Source: an uncultured Gammaproteobacteria bacterium | Lineage (GTDB): Bacteria; Pseudomonadota; Gammaproteobacteria; Steroidobacterales; JBCCMA01 | NCBI GenBank assembly: GCA_964639265.1 | Contig: CAZXCL010000001.1 | Span: forward strand, 47,301 to 111,300 | Reading direction: 5' to 3' | Length of the DNA stretch: 64,000 bases | In this document: positions 26,654 through 35,640 of the stretch, in pieces | Position numbering within the stretch: the stretch's first letter is position 1 | Layout of the letters: each line of letters begins with the position of its first letter | The notes under the pieces: generated by a model | Database searches by the model: none | Told to the model about the DNA's origin: nothing | Seen by the model: the letters and a program-made list of their open reading frames with translations, nothing else | Translations under genes and position numbers: made by a program

Positions 26654-29600
26654 CAAGCGACTCCCCGCAGCTCTGGCAATGGTTCCTGTGCGTCGACCTT
26701 TGGCTGACGCCCCTCGCCGAGACGCAACAGACTCGGCATCAATACAAGCGTGAAAAACAGGCAAACGAGCATGCCGCCGACGATCACAATGGCCAGCCCG
26801 CGATAGATATCTGAGCCAACGCCCGGTATCAGCGCCAGCGGCAGCATGCCGAAAATGCTGGTCAGCGTGCTCATGTAAACCGGTCGTACGCGCAGGCGCA
26901 CGGCCTGGCGCACGGCGTCGACGCGGGGCAACCCCTCGCGCTCGCCATCCCGCGTCTGACTCACGAGCAAGATGGCGTTGTTGACCACCAGGCCAAGCAA
27001 AATAATGAAGCCGATCATGGTCAGCATATCCAGCGATTGATAGCTGAAAAGATTCAGCAAGCGCAGCGCACCGACACCGCCAAACACCGCCAGCGGCATG
27101 ACACTGAGCACGAGCAGACTGTCACGCACGGATTTGAAAATCGCGGCCATGATCAGAAACAGAATCAGAATCGCCAGCAGGAAGTTGGTCAGCATGTCGC
27201 GCAGCGCCGAGGCCAGTTCATCTGCGCTGCCGCGGTAATTGATGCTCGCGCCGGCCGGGAGCGCCTCCTTGAGCACCGGGCCGAGCTGATTGCGCAGGAT
27301 GTCGAGGGCCTCTTCCAGCGTCATTGTTTCGGGCGGGGTCACCTCCAGGCTGATCGTACGCTGGCCGTCGAAGCGATTCAGCGATGTGGGCCCGACCGTG
27401 CGCTGTATGTCCGCGAGTGCGCCGATGGTCTGGACGCCCGCACGCGGCGTGGTAATGGGCACCGCTGCGAGCTGCTCCGGCGTACCCCACTCGCCGGCAC
27501 GCAAAATCACGTTGTAGCGTTCGTTGCCGTCAAAGTACTCGTTAACAAACAAGCCGCCGGTGACCGCGCGCACCGCACGCGCCAGCTCGCCGCGCGTCAG
27601 GCCGGCCTGCGTGATCAGGCGCTCATTCGGAATCACCTGAAGTTCTGGTTCGGACAGAGACAGGCCGGGTACCGGGCGGGCATTGGCGCCGGGTAAGATC
27701 TCCCGAATTTTCTCGAGCCCGACCGCCGCCGCATCCATCAGGCCGGTGACATCGGCGCCCTGCAAGTCCACGCTGATGGTGCGCCCGGCACCGAACCCAA
27801 TGCCGAGCAGCGACGCTCGGCTGACATAGGGCGTTGTATCGGGGATCCCGTCGAGCAAACCGCCTTTGAGCAGTTCTATGAATGTGTCCGTGTCCTCGGG
27901 ATCAAGCGGATACAAAAACACAATATTGAACGGGCCAAACATGCTCAGGTTGTAGCCACGAATGTAGGGTTCTTTCTTGTGTTCCATGTAGGGCCGCAGT
28001 CGGTCGACGACCTCGGCGGCAATCTCATTTTCAAACAGTTCGTTGTTGACACCTGGCGGTACGCTGAACACCACGTTGACCGCGTCGGCGGCCGCCGAGG
28101 GCAGAAAATCGGCCTTGGGCTTGAGCGCAATTACCGCGGCAATCGGCGCGAGCACCAGGACGACCAGCCAGACGGCGCGGCGCTTACCGCTGCCGGTAAG
28201 TCGCATGACCAGCGCGGTGATGCGATCCCACAGTCGCGCCATCCCATCGGGGCGCGGCGCACCGCTTAGAAACAGCTTGTTGGCGACGGGAATGACGGTC
28301 AGCGCAGCGACCAGCGACGCCAACACCGCCACCGATAACGTCAGCGCAAGATCCGAGAACATCTGACCGGCCTGCCCTTTCATGAACAGGACCGGCAGAA
28401 AAATCGCGATGGTCGTGACGGTGGAGGCAAACAGCGCCCCTTTGACCTGATCTGTGCCGCGCTCCACGGCCTCCTCGCGCGACAGCCCCTCCTGACCAAA
28501 GCGCACGATGTTCTCCTGCACAATGATGGCAGCATCGAGCACCAGGCCAACGGCGAACGCCAGTCCGGCAAGCGAGATAACGTTGAGGCTGATATCAAAC
28601 AGGCGTAAGGCGACAAACGCCGTCAACAGCGACACCGGTATGGACGCGGCGATCATCATCGTGGCACGTGAATTGCGCAAAAACAGCCACAGCACGCCCA
28701 CGGCCAGCAGCACACCGAGGCCAATGTTGTTCTGCACCAGCGCGATCGCACGGCGGATGTATACCGAGGAATCGAAACTCAGCTCCATCGTCAGATCGAC
28801 GTCCCCTAGCGCGCCGGCGTTGAGCTCGGCAATGGCCAGATTGACCTCGTCAAGAATCTCTACGCTGTTGGCGTCGTTGCTGCCCTCAAGCGAGATGTAG
28901 AACGCCGAATAGCCGTTGCGCTTGTTGACGCCAAACGGATCGGCAATGGTCTTCTCGACACTTGCAATGTCGCGCAGGCGTATTGGCGTCTGCCCACTGT
29001 AGGTCACAATCAGGTCCTCGATCTTGTCGAGGTCGTCCTTGCCGATAAAGCGCACCGTGTACTGGCGGCGACCAACGTTGGCAAAACCGCCGGATACGTC
29101 GTTGGCCTGCGACACGGTGTTGACCAAATCGTTGATGCTCACGCCGGCCGCGGCGGCCCGGTAGGGATCGAACGTGATGCGCACCTCAAATGGACGGCGC
29201 CCCGCCATGTCCACCCGACTAACGCCGGGAATACGCGCCAGACGCGGTTCCACTTGTTCGTCAAACACCCGTGCGTATTCGGGTGAGCTCATGTCGTCGT
29301 TGGGATTGCCAGGCGACGGGTAGACCTGCATCGTCGCCACGTTCGCTCCGCCGCCCTGAGCACCGCTGGCGATAAATGGCTCGTTGGCATCCACCGGCAA
29401 CGGCGGCGCCTGATTGACGTTGTTGATCACGTTAATCAACGCCGTCTGCATGTCCGTGTCCAGATCAAACGTCAGCGTCGTGCGACCGAAGCCTCGATTG
29501 ATGCTGCTGGAGATTTCCTGCACGCCGGGCGTGCGGCGCAGCACCGCTTCCATCGGCTCGACGATGTAAGACTCCATCTCCGACGGAGCCGCCTCGCGCC

Positions 29601-29751
29601 AGTTGTTGAACACGGTGATTTGCGGGCGGGTCAGTTCGGGCAAAAGCTGCACCGGCCGCGACGCTATGGACATAAGTCCGAACAACGCCAGAAGTGCCAG
29701 CAAGACGGCCACGGCCGCGGGGTTTTGGGTACTCAGACGCGTGATGTTCAA
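26653..29751 (-). CDS. RND efflux permease (AcrB/MdtC-like); probable TTG start at 29751
   Basis: About 1030 aa, 12-TM pattern, GLVLDAAIIVQENI, GLVVNNAILL and RVRPVYMSTLT; AGGAGG RBS before the TTG. Confidence 0.93.
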   Translation of the reverse strand: MNITRLSTQNPAAVAVLLALLALFGLMSIASRPVQLLPELTRPQITVFNNWREAAPSEMESYIVEPMEAVLRRTPGVQEISSSINRGFGRTTLTFDLDTDMQTALINVINNVNQAPPLPVDANEPFIASGAQGGGANVATMQVYPSPGNPNDDMSSPEYARVFDEQVEPRLARIPGVSRVDMAGRRPFEVRITFDPYRAAAAGVSINDLVNTVSQANDVSGGFANVGRRQYTVRFIGKDDLDKIEDLIVTYSGQTPIRLRDIASVEKTIADPFGVNKRNGYSAFYISLEGSNDANSVEILDEVNLAIAELNAGALGDVDLTMELSFDSSVYIRRAIALVQNNIGLGVLLAVGVLWLFLRNSRATMMIAASIPVSLLTAFVALRLFDISLNVISLAGLAFAVGLVLDAAIIVQENIVRFGQEGLSREEAVERGTDQVKGALFASTVTTIAIFLPVLFMKGQAGQMFSDLALTLSVAVLASLVAALTVIPVANKLFLSGAPRPDGMARLWDRITALVMRLTGSGKRRAVWLVVLVLAPIAAVIALKPKADFLPSAAADAVNVVFSVPPGVNNELFENEIAAEVVDRLRPYMEHKKEPYIRGYNLSMFGPFNIVFLYPLDPEDTDTFIELLKGGLLDGIPDTTPYVSRASLLGIGFGAGRTISVDLQGADVTGLMDAAAVGLEKIREILPGANARPVPGLSLSEPELQVIPNERLITQAGLTRGELARAVRAVTGGLFVNEYFDGNERYNVILRAGEWGTPEQLAAVPITTPRAGVQTIGALADIQRTVGPTSLNRFDGQRTISLEVTPPETMTLEEALDILRNQLGPVLKEALPAGASINYRGSADELASALRDMLTNFLLAILILFLIMAAIFKSVRDSLLVLSVMPLAVFGGVGALRLLNLFSYQSLDMLTMIGFIILLGLVVNNAILLVSQTRDGEREGLPRVDAVRQAVRLRVRPVYMSTLTSIFGMLPLALIPGVGSDIYRGLAIVIVGGMLVCLFFTLVLMPSLLRLGEGRQPKVDAQEPLPELRGVA

Positions 29752-29994
29752 CGACAAACCCCTCCTGTCAGCGGCCAAAACGGCCGAACTGGCCAAAAAC
29801 GCAGTCAGTAAGCCCAAGACCGACACTGCAGATACAGGTTCTTAGGTGCATGCCGCGTCAAAAAGTTTGCATCGGGTGCGATCAAACGCCGCTTCCCGGC
29901 GACAAAACGAAACACCATTGGTGATGTTCGCGTGAGGACCTCGTGGCATACTCGAGCGATTCCAGACTTCGAGCGCGCGAATGCGGAGACCAAG

Positions 29995-30975
29995 ATGCTG
30001 ATTCGACGACCTGCAGACATCAAACCCTCTGAAATCACCAGCGAGTCGGTCTATCTGAACCGACGCGCCCTCCTGCGCGCGGCCGGGCTCACCGCGGGCG
30101 CGATTGCGGCCGGCGCTGCGTGCGCGGCCGACGACCCGGCGACCGCCGCACCGCCACCGGCCGACATGGACGGTAAATTCGCCAACCTGGTCAAAAGTCA
30201 GTTCAGCACGGATGAGACGCCCAACCGCTACGAAGACATCACGACCTACAACAACTTTTACGAGTTCGGCACCGGCAAAGCCGATCCGGCGCGCAACTCG
30301 GGCAAGTTTGAAACCAGGCCCTGGTCGGTCAACGTGTCAGGCGAATGCGAAAATCCCGGAACCTTTACCTACGAGGACATCGTTGCGCCACACGCGTTTG
30401 AAGAGCGCATCTATCGCCTGCGCTGCGTCGAGGCCTGGTCGATGGTCGTGCCGTGGGTGGGCATACCGATGGCCGATCTGCTCAAGCGCTTCAAGCCCAC
30501 GTCGAAGGCCCGCTATGTGGTATTCCAGACCCTGTTTGATCCCAAACGCATGCCGGGCCAGCGCCGCGCCGTACTCGAGTGGCCGTACACAGAGGCGCTG
30601 ACCATCGAGGAAGCCATGAATCCGCTGACGCTCATGGCGACCGGCGTCTACGGACGCGAACTGCCGAACCAGAACGGGGCACCGCTGCGTCTGGTTGTGC
30701 CGTGGAAATACGGCTTCAAGAGCATCAAAAGCATTGTCGACATCGCCTTCTCGGAAAAGCGTCCGCCCACGAGCTGGGAAGAAGCCGCCCCGAGCGAATA
30801 CGGCTTTTACGCCAACGTGAATCCGCGCGTGGATCATCCCCGCTGGTCCCAGGCGCGTCATCGCGAAATTGGTGCCGGCCTGTTTGCCGAGAAAGTCCCG
30901 ACCTTGATGTTCAACGGCTACGCAGATCAAGTTGCGCACCTGTACAAAGGGCTGGATCTGCGACGTAACTTCTAA
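29995..30975 (+). CDS. msrP: Periplasmic methionine sulfoxide reductase, catalytic Mo subunit; start ATG 29995
   Basis: SEIT…YLNRRALL Tat signal, [27 protein letters not shown] and [19 protein letters not shown]. Confidence 0.96.
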   Translation: MLIRRPADIKPSEITSESVYLNRRALLRAAGLTAGAIAAGAACAADDPATAAPPPADMDGKFANLVKSQFSTDETPNRYEDITTYNNFYEFGTGKADPARNSGKFETRPWSVNVSGECENPGTFTYEDIVAPHAFEERIYRLRCVEAWSMVVPWVGIPMADLLKRFKPTSKARYVVFQTLFDPKRMPGQRRAVLEWPYTEALTIEEAMNPLTLMATGVYGRELPNQNGAPLRLVVPWKYGFKSIKSIVDIAFSEKRPPTSWEEAAPSEYGFYANVNPRVDHPRWSQARHREIGAGLFAEKVPTLMFNGYADQVAHLYKGLDLRRNF

Positions 30976-31022
30976 GCCTCCGACGTCGCCTGCGGCCGGC
31001 TCGGCCGGTATGATGCCGCTCC

Positions 31023-31625
31023 ATGAACGTGACCGCCCTCAAATCTCTGGTGTTCGTCGCCTGCAGCCTGCCGCTGGTCAAGCTTGGCCTCGACGCGTTC
31101 GGGGTGTTTGGCGGCTCCCTGGGCGCGAACCCGGTCGAGTCGCTGCTGCATCGTGTAGGTTGGTGGGGCCTGTTTTTCATGCTGGCAACGCTTGTCGTCA
31201 CACCCGCTCGAAACCTCACAGGATTTAGCTCGCTGATCCGGATTCGGCGCATGGTAGGCCTCTTCGCGTTCACCTATGTCGCGCTGCATTTTGCGGTATA
31301 CGCGGCGCTTGATCAGGGCCTGGCGCTCAAACCCATCGTCGATGACATCATCAAACGGCCATACATAACCGTCGGCATCGCCGCATTGCTGCTGCTGATC
31401 CCTCTGGCGCTGACCTCCAACAACTTCAGCCAGCGCCGCCTCAAACAACGCTGGAAAACGCTGCACAAGCTGACCTACCTGATTGCGATACTTGGCGTGT
31501 GGCATTTCTGGTGGCAGGTCAAACTGGATACGAGCGAGCCGATTATCTTCGCAAGTGTGCTGAGCGTACTGCTCGGGTATCGCATTGTGCGCTGGCGTCG
31601 CAGCGTGGCGCGTCGCCGTGTCTGA
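31023..31625 (+). CDS. msrQ: Heme-binding membrane subunit MsrQ
   Basis: RRMVGLFAFTYVALHF, IIKRPYITVG, LALTS and WKTLHKLTY…HFWW motifs; follows msrP. Confidence 0.95.
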   Translation: MNVTALKSLVFVACSLPLVKLGLDAFGVFGGSLGANPVESLLHRVGWWGLFFMLATLVVTPARNLTGFSSLIRIRRMVGLFAFTYVALHFAVYAALDQGLALKPIVDDIIKRPYITVGIAALLLLIPLALTSNNFSQRRLKQRWKTLHKLTYLIAILGVWHFWWQVKLDTSEPIIFASVLSVLLGYRIVRWRRSVARRRV

Positions 31626-33405
31626 GCTGTCCGCCGCCGATACACGCGAACGATCAACCAACGGCATGCGTCCGCTGCGCCGACTTCTGCCCTATGTTTT
31701 GCAGCACAAGGGGCACATCGCGCTGGCACTACTGGCAATGCTCGTCGCCGCAGGCGCCACGCTGTCGCTGCCGGTGGCCGTGCGCGGAATGATCGATCAT
31801 GGCTTTGATGCGACCAACGCCGCGGACATCGATCAGCACTTCATACGACTGTTTGCCGTGGCGATGGTCATGGGCATCTCCGCGGCAGCGCGCTTTTACT
31901 GGGTATCGTGGCTTGGAGAACGGGTGGTCGCCGACGTGCGTTCGGCCGTCTATTCGCACGTGATTGAGATGAGTCCGGAGTTTTTCGAGCGGACCCGTAC
32001 CGGTGAAGTACTGTCGCGTCTGAACACCGACACAACGCTGATTCAGACCGTTGTCGGTTCGAGCGCGTCAATTGCGTTGCGCAGCTCACTGATGCTGGTC
32101 GGCGCCGCCACTCTGTTAGTCATCACCAGCCCACGGCTGGCATTGATGATGGCCTTTGTGATCCCTCTCGTGCTCGTGCCGATTCTCGTGTTCGGGCGCA
32201 AGGTACGCGCCAAATCGCGCGAGAGTCAGGACCGCATCGCCGATTTCTCTGCGGTGGCCAATGAGACTATCGGCGCGATCCAGACCGTGCAGGCGTTTAC
32301 GGCCCAGCAGCTTGAGTCCTCGCGATTCGCCGACAATGTGGAACAGGCGTTTCTGGCCGCGAGACGCCGCATTGGCTATCGCTCCCTGCTAACCGTGAGT
32401 ATTGTGCTGCTGGTATTCGGTGCCATCTCGTTTGTGCTTTATCAGGGTGCGACCAGCGTCGTGGCCGGCGACATGAGCGCCGGCACGCTCAGTCAGTTCG
32501 TGCTCTACGCCGTGTTCACGGCCAGCTCGACCGCGGCGCTGTCTGAAGTCTGGGGAGAAGTACAGCGCGCCGCCGGCGCCACCGAACGCATTGCGGAACT
32601 GCTGGATGCCGACGCGGTCGTTGCGAGTCCGCCCTCGCCGGTCGCATTGCCGCTGCCCCCGCAGGGTGCGTTGTCACTTGAAGAAGTGACCTTCCACTAT
32701 CCGAGTCGGCCAATGCAGCCGGTTTTTGAGGGGCTGACCTTGTCCGTGGAGCCGGGCCAGACGGTCGCGCTGGTTGGCCCGTCAGGCGCGGGCAAGACAA
32801 CGATCATGCAACTGCTGCTTCGTTTCTATGACGTCGCCAGCGGCCACATTCGCGTGGACGGTGTTGATGTGCGTGACGCAGACATTGTTGAGCTGCGCCG
32901 ACGCTTTGGCCTGGTGGCGCAGGAGAGCGTCATTTTCTCCACCAGCGCGATGGAGAACATTCGCTACGGCCGACCGGACGCCAGCGATGAGGAGGTTCGT
33001 ACTGCCGCCAGGGCCGCCAATGCGCATGAGTTTATCGAGACGTTGCCCGAAGGCTACGACAGTCATCTGGGCGAACGCGGCGTGCGCTTGTCCGGCGGAC
33101 AGCGTCAGAGAATCGCCATTGCCCGCGCGCTGCTTAAGGACCCGCCGATCCTGCTGCTGGATGAGGCCACCAGTTCGCTGGATGCGATCAGCGAGGATCT
33201 GGTGCAAAAAGCACTGGAACGACTGATGCGAAATCGTACGACACTGGTCATTGCGCATCGTCTGGCAACGGTCAAGAAAGTCGACAAGATTGTGGTGCTT
33301 GAAGGTGGGCGGGTTGTGGCCGAGGGGAACCACGAAACACTGCTTTCCGAGGGCGGCCTGTATGCCGAGCTGGCCGAGCTGCAATTCCAGACGGCGACAG
33401 GGTGA
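31618..33405 (+). CDS. ABC exporter, fused TMD-NBD (start GTG 31618 or ATG 31666)
   Basis: RTGEVLSRLNTDT, GPSGAGKT, LSGGQRQR, LLLDE and AHRL motifs. Confidence 0.93.
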   Translation: MSELSAADTRERSTNGMRPLRRLLPYVLQHKGHIALALLAMLVAAGATLSLPVAVRGMIDHGFDATNAADIDQHFIRLFAVAMVMGISAAARFYWVSWLGERVVADVRSAVYSHVIEMSPEFFERTRTGEVLSRLNTDTTLIQTVVGSSASIALRSSLMLVGAATLLVITSPRLALMMAFVIPLVLVPILVFGRKVRAKSRESQDRIADFSAVANETIGAIQTVQAFTAQQLESSRFADNVEQAFLAARRRIGYRSLLTVSIVLLVFGAISFVLYQGATSVVAGDMSAGTLSQFVLYAVFTASSTAALSEVWGEVQRAAGATERIAELLDADAVVASPPSPVALPLPPQGALSLEEVTFHYPSRPMQPVFEGLTLSVEPGQTVALVGPSGAGKTTIMQLLLRFYDVASGHIRVDGVDVRDADIVELRRRFGLVAQESVIFSTSAMENIRYGRPDASDEEVRTAARAANAHEFIETLPEGYDSHLGERGVRLSGGQRQRIAIARALLKDPPILLLDEATSSLDAISEDLVQKALERLMRNRTTLVIAHRLATVKKVDKIVVLEGGRVVAEGNHETLLSEGGLYAELAELQFQTATG

Positions 33406-33482
33406 GCTGGCCGGGCAGAACGTGCTAGCGTACGCCCTGTGATCCTGCGCCCTTTACTCCAAGGAATTCATCAGCCAACCCC

Positions 33483-34217
33483 ATGCGCCTTCTTGTCTGG
33501 AATATTCGCTACGCGGCGGGCTACGGTGCGGCGTTTCATCTGCCGGTCCCGGGGGCCGGCTATCTGCGCAGCAATCGGCGCAATCTCGACAACATCACCG
33601 AGTTTATCCAAAGCAACGATCCGGACATTGTCGGCCTGATCGAGGTTGACACCGGATCCATTCGCTCTCGCGTCAACCAGGCTGAGAAAATTGCCGAGGC
33701 TCTGGGTCACTACTCAACCTATCAGTGCAAATACGGCGAGTCGTCGCTCAACCAGCGCGTGCCCGTGCTGCGCAACCAGGGCAATGCGTTTCTGGCGGCG
33801 CCACGCGTCCACGGCGAGCGTTTCCATTATTTCGATACCGGCATCAAGCGTCTGATTATCGAACTCGAACTCGACGACGTGGCAGTGTTTCTGGTGCATC
33901 TGTCACTCAAGTATCGCCACCGTCAGTATCAACTGCGTCACCTGCACGACCTGGTGTCCAACTGCAAGAAGCCGGTAATCGTGGCCGGTGACTTCAACAC
34001 CTTCTGGGGCGGACACGAGATGTATCTGTTCATGAAGGCCGCGGGCCTGACCAGCGCCAACGTGCAAGGCTGGCCGTCGTACCCGAGTCGATCGCCGCGC
34101 AAGGAACTCGACTTCATCTTGTACGGCCACGGCATTGATATTGAGCACTTCGAGATTCCACCGGTCACGTTGTCGGATCATCTGCCGCTGCTGTGTGACT
34201 TCCGCATTCCCGGCTGA
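33483..34217 (+). CDS. Endonuclease/exonuclease/phosphatase (EEP) family protein
   Basis: WNI, LIEVD, GDFN, LDFI and SDHLP motifs. Confidence 0.9.
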   Translation: MRLLVWNIRYAAGYGAAFHLPVPGAGYLRSNRRNLDNITEFIQSNDPDIVGLIEVDTGSIRSRVNQAEKIAEALGHYSTYQCKYGESSLNQRVPVLRNQGNAFLAAPRVHGERFHYFDTGIKRLIIELELDDVAVFLVHLSLKYRHRQYQLRHLHDLVSNCKKPVIVAGDFNTFWGGHEMYLFMKAAGLTSANVQGWPSYPSRSPRKELDFILYGHGIDIEHFEIPPVTLSDHLPLLCDFRIPG

Positions 34218-34224
34218 CCTCCGG

Positions 34225-34253
34225 TTGCTTAGCGGCAATCACACTCTTATTAT
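34225..34253 (+). promoter_or_regulatory. sigma70-type promoter of the fad operon
   Basis: TTGCTT-N17-TATTAT upstream of the AAGGAG RBS of the thiolase gene. Confidence 0.55.
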
Positions 34254-34338
34254 TGAGTTCTTTTGCAATGCACTATAGAGCGTCACTGCACCGCAGGCGT
34301 ATTCCGGTTATGTGACTGATCTATAAGGAGATTAGCCG

Positions 34339-35637
34339 ATGGCCTCCAGCGACTACGCGCGCGAGATTTTCTTTGTTGACGGTGCCCGAACACCGTTTCT
34401 GCGGGACACCGGTCGGCAAGGCCCGTTCAGCGCCTCGGATCTGGCCGTCGCTGCCGGCAAAGCGCTGATTTCCCGCCTGCCCATCAAGGCATCGGATATC
34501 GACGAGGTCATCATCGGCAGCGCCATGCCCGGCCCCGATGAGGCCAATATTGGTCGCATCACGGCTCTGCGGTTGAACTGCGGGCACAAGACAACCGGCT
34601 GGACGGTCATGCGTAACTGCGCCTCCGCCATGCAAGCGCTCGATTCGGCGGCCAAGGACATTGCGATCGGGCGCGCGGACCTGGTGCTCGCGGGCGGTAC
34701 GGAAGCCATGAGTCGAGCACCGCTCATTTACAACGACGATGCGGTGGCCTGGTTTCGCGCCAGTGCCAAGGCGCGCAAACCCGGCGACAAGATCAAGACT
34801 TTTGGCAAGATACCCGTCGGCGCATTCCTCAAACCCGTCATCGCACTACTGCGCGGTTTACGTGACAGCACTGTTGATCTGGATATGGGCCAGACGTGCG
34901 AGATTATTTCGCACCGCTTTGGCATTGATCGCAAGGCAATGGATGCCTACGCCGTGGAAAGCCATCTGCGTCTGGCGGCCGCATTCGATCAGGGCCTGAT
35001 GGACGAGGTCGTGCCGCTGTATTCACCTGATGGCACCGTGTTTGAAGAAGACACGGGACTGCGACGCGACTCCAGTGCCGAAAAGCTGGCCAAACTGCGC
35101 CCGGTGTTTGATCGCAACGGCGGCATCGTGACCGCGGGCAACAGTTCGCAAATCACCGACGGCGCCGCGCTCATGCTCATGGCCAGTCGCGACGCCGTGG
35201 AGCGCTACAACCTGCCGGTGCTGGGACGACTCGTCGACACCGAATGGTCAGGCCTGGATCCGGCACAGATGGGCCTTGGGCCTGCCTACGCGGCCGCACC
35301 GCTGCTGACGCGCCAGCATCTGGCTCTCGACGACGTCGATATTTTTGAGATCAATGAAGCGTTTGCCGGTCAGGTGCTGTCCTGTCTGGCCGCCTGGGAA
35401 GACGACGATTTCTGTCGCGGCGAGCTTGATCTTGCGGGCGCGCTAGGTCGCGTCGACATGGACAAACTGAATGTTGACGGTGGCGCGATCAGTATTGGAC
35501 ACCCGGTTGGCGCCTCGGGCGCACGCATCGTGCTGCACGCGCTCAACGCGCTCAAACGCAATAACGGACGACGCGCGATCGCCACGCTTTGTATCGGCGG
35601 CGGTCAGGGCGGCGCCATGCTGCTGGAGCGGGAGTAA
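34339..35637 (+). CDS. fadI: Acetyl-CoA C-acyltransferase (3-ketoacyl-CoA thiolase), FadI-like
   Basis: RTPF, RNCAS catalytic Cys, NEAF, GHPVGASG and CIGGGQG motifs. Confidence 0.88.
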   Translation: MASSDYAREIFFVDGARTPFLRDTGRQGPFSASDLAVAAGKALISRLPIKASDIDEVIIGSAMPGPDEANIGRITALRLNCGHKTTGWTVMRNCASAMQALDSAAKDIAIGRADLVLAGGTEAMSRAPLIYNDDAVAWFRASAKARKPGDKIKTFGKIPVGAFLKPVIALLRGLRDSTVDLDMGQTCEIISHRFGIDRKAMDAYAVESHLRLAAAFDQGLMDEVVPLYSPDGTVFEEDTGLRRDSSAEKLAKLRPVFDRNGGIVTAGNSSQITDGAALMLMASRDAVERYNLPVLGRLVDTEWSGLDPAQMGLGPAYAAAPLLTRQHLALDDVDIFEINEAFAGQVLSCLAAWEDDDFCRGELDLAGALGRVDMDKLNVDGGAISIGHPVGASGARIVLHALNALKRNNGRRAIATLCIGGGQGGAMLLERE

Positions 35638-35640
35638 ACA

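Noticed and set aside
10885-33405. Two similar ABC exporters suggesting a recent duplication
   Set aside because: Similarity is confined to the universal NBD motifs and the TM domains differ clearly, so these are ancient paralogues.
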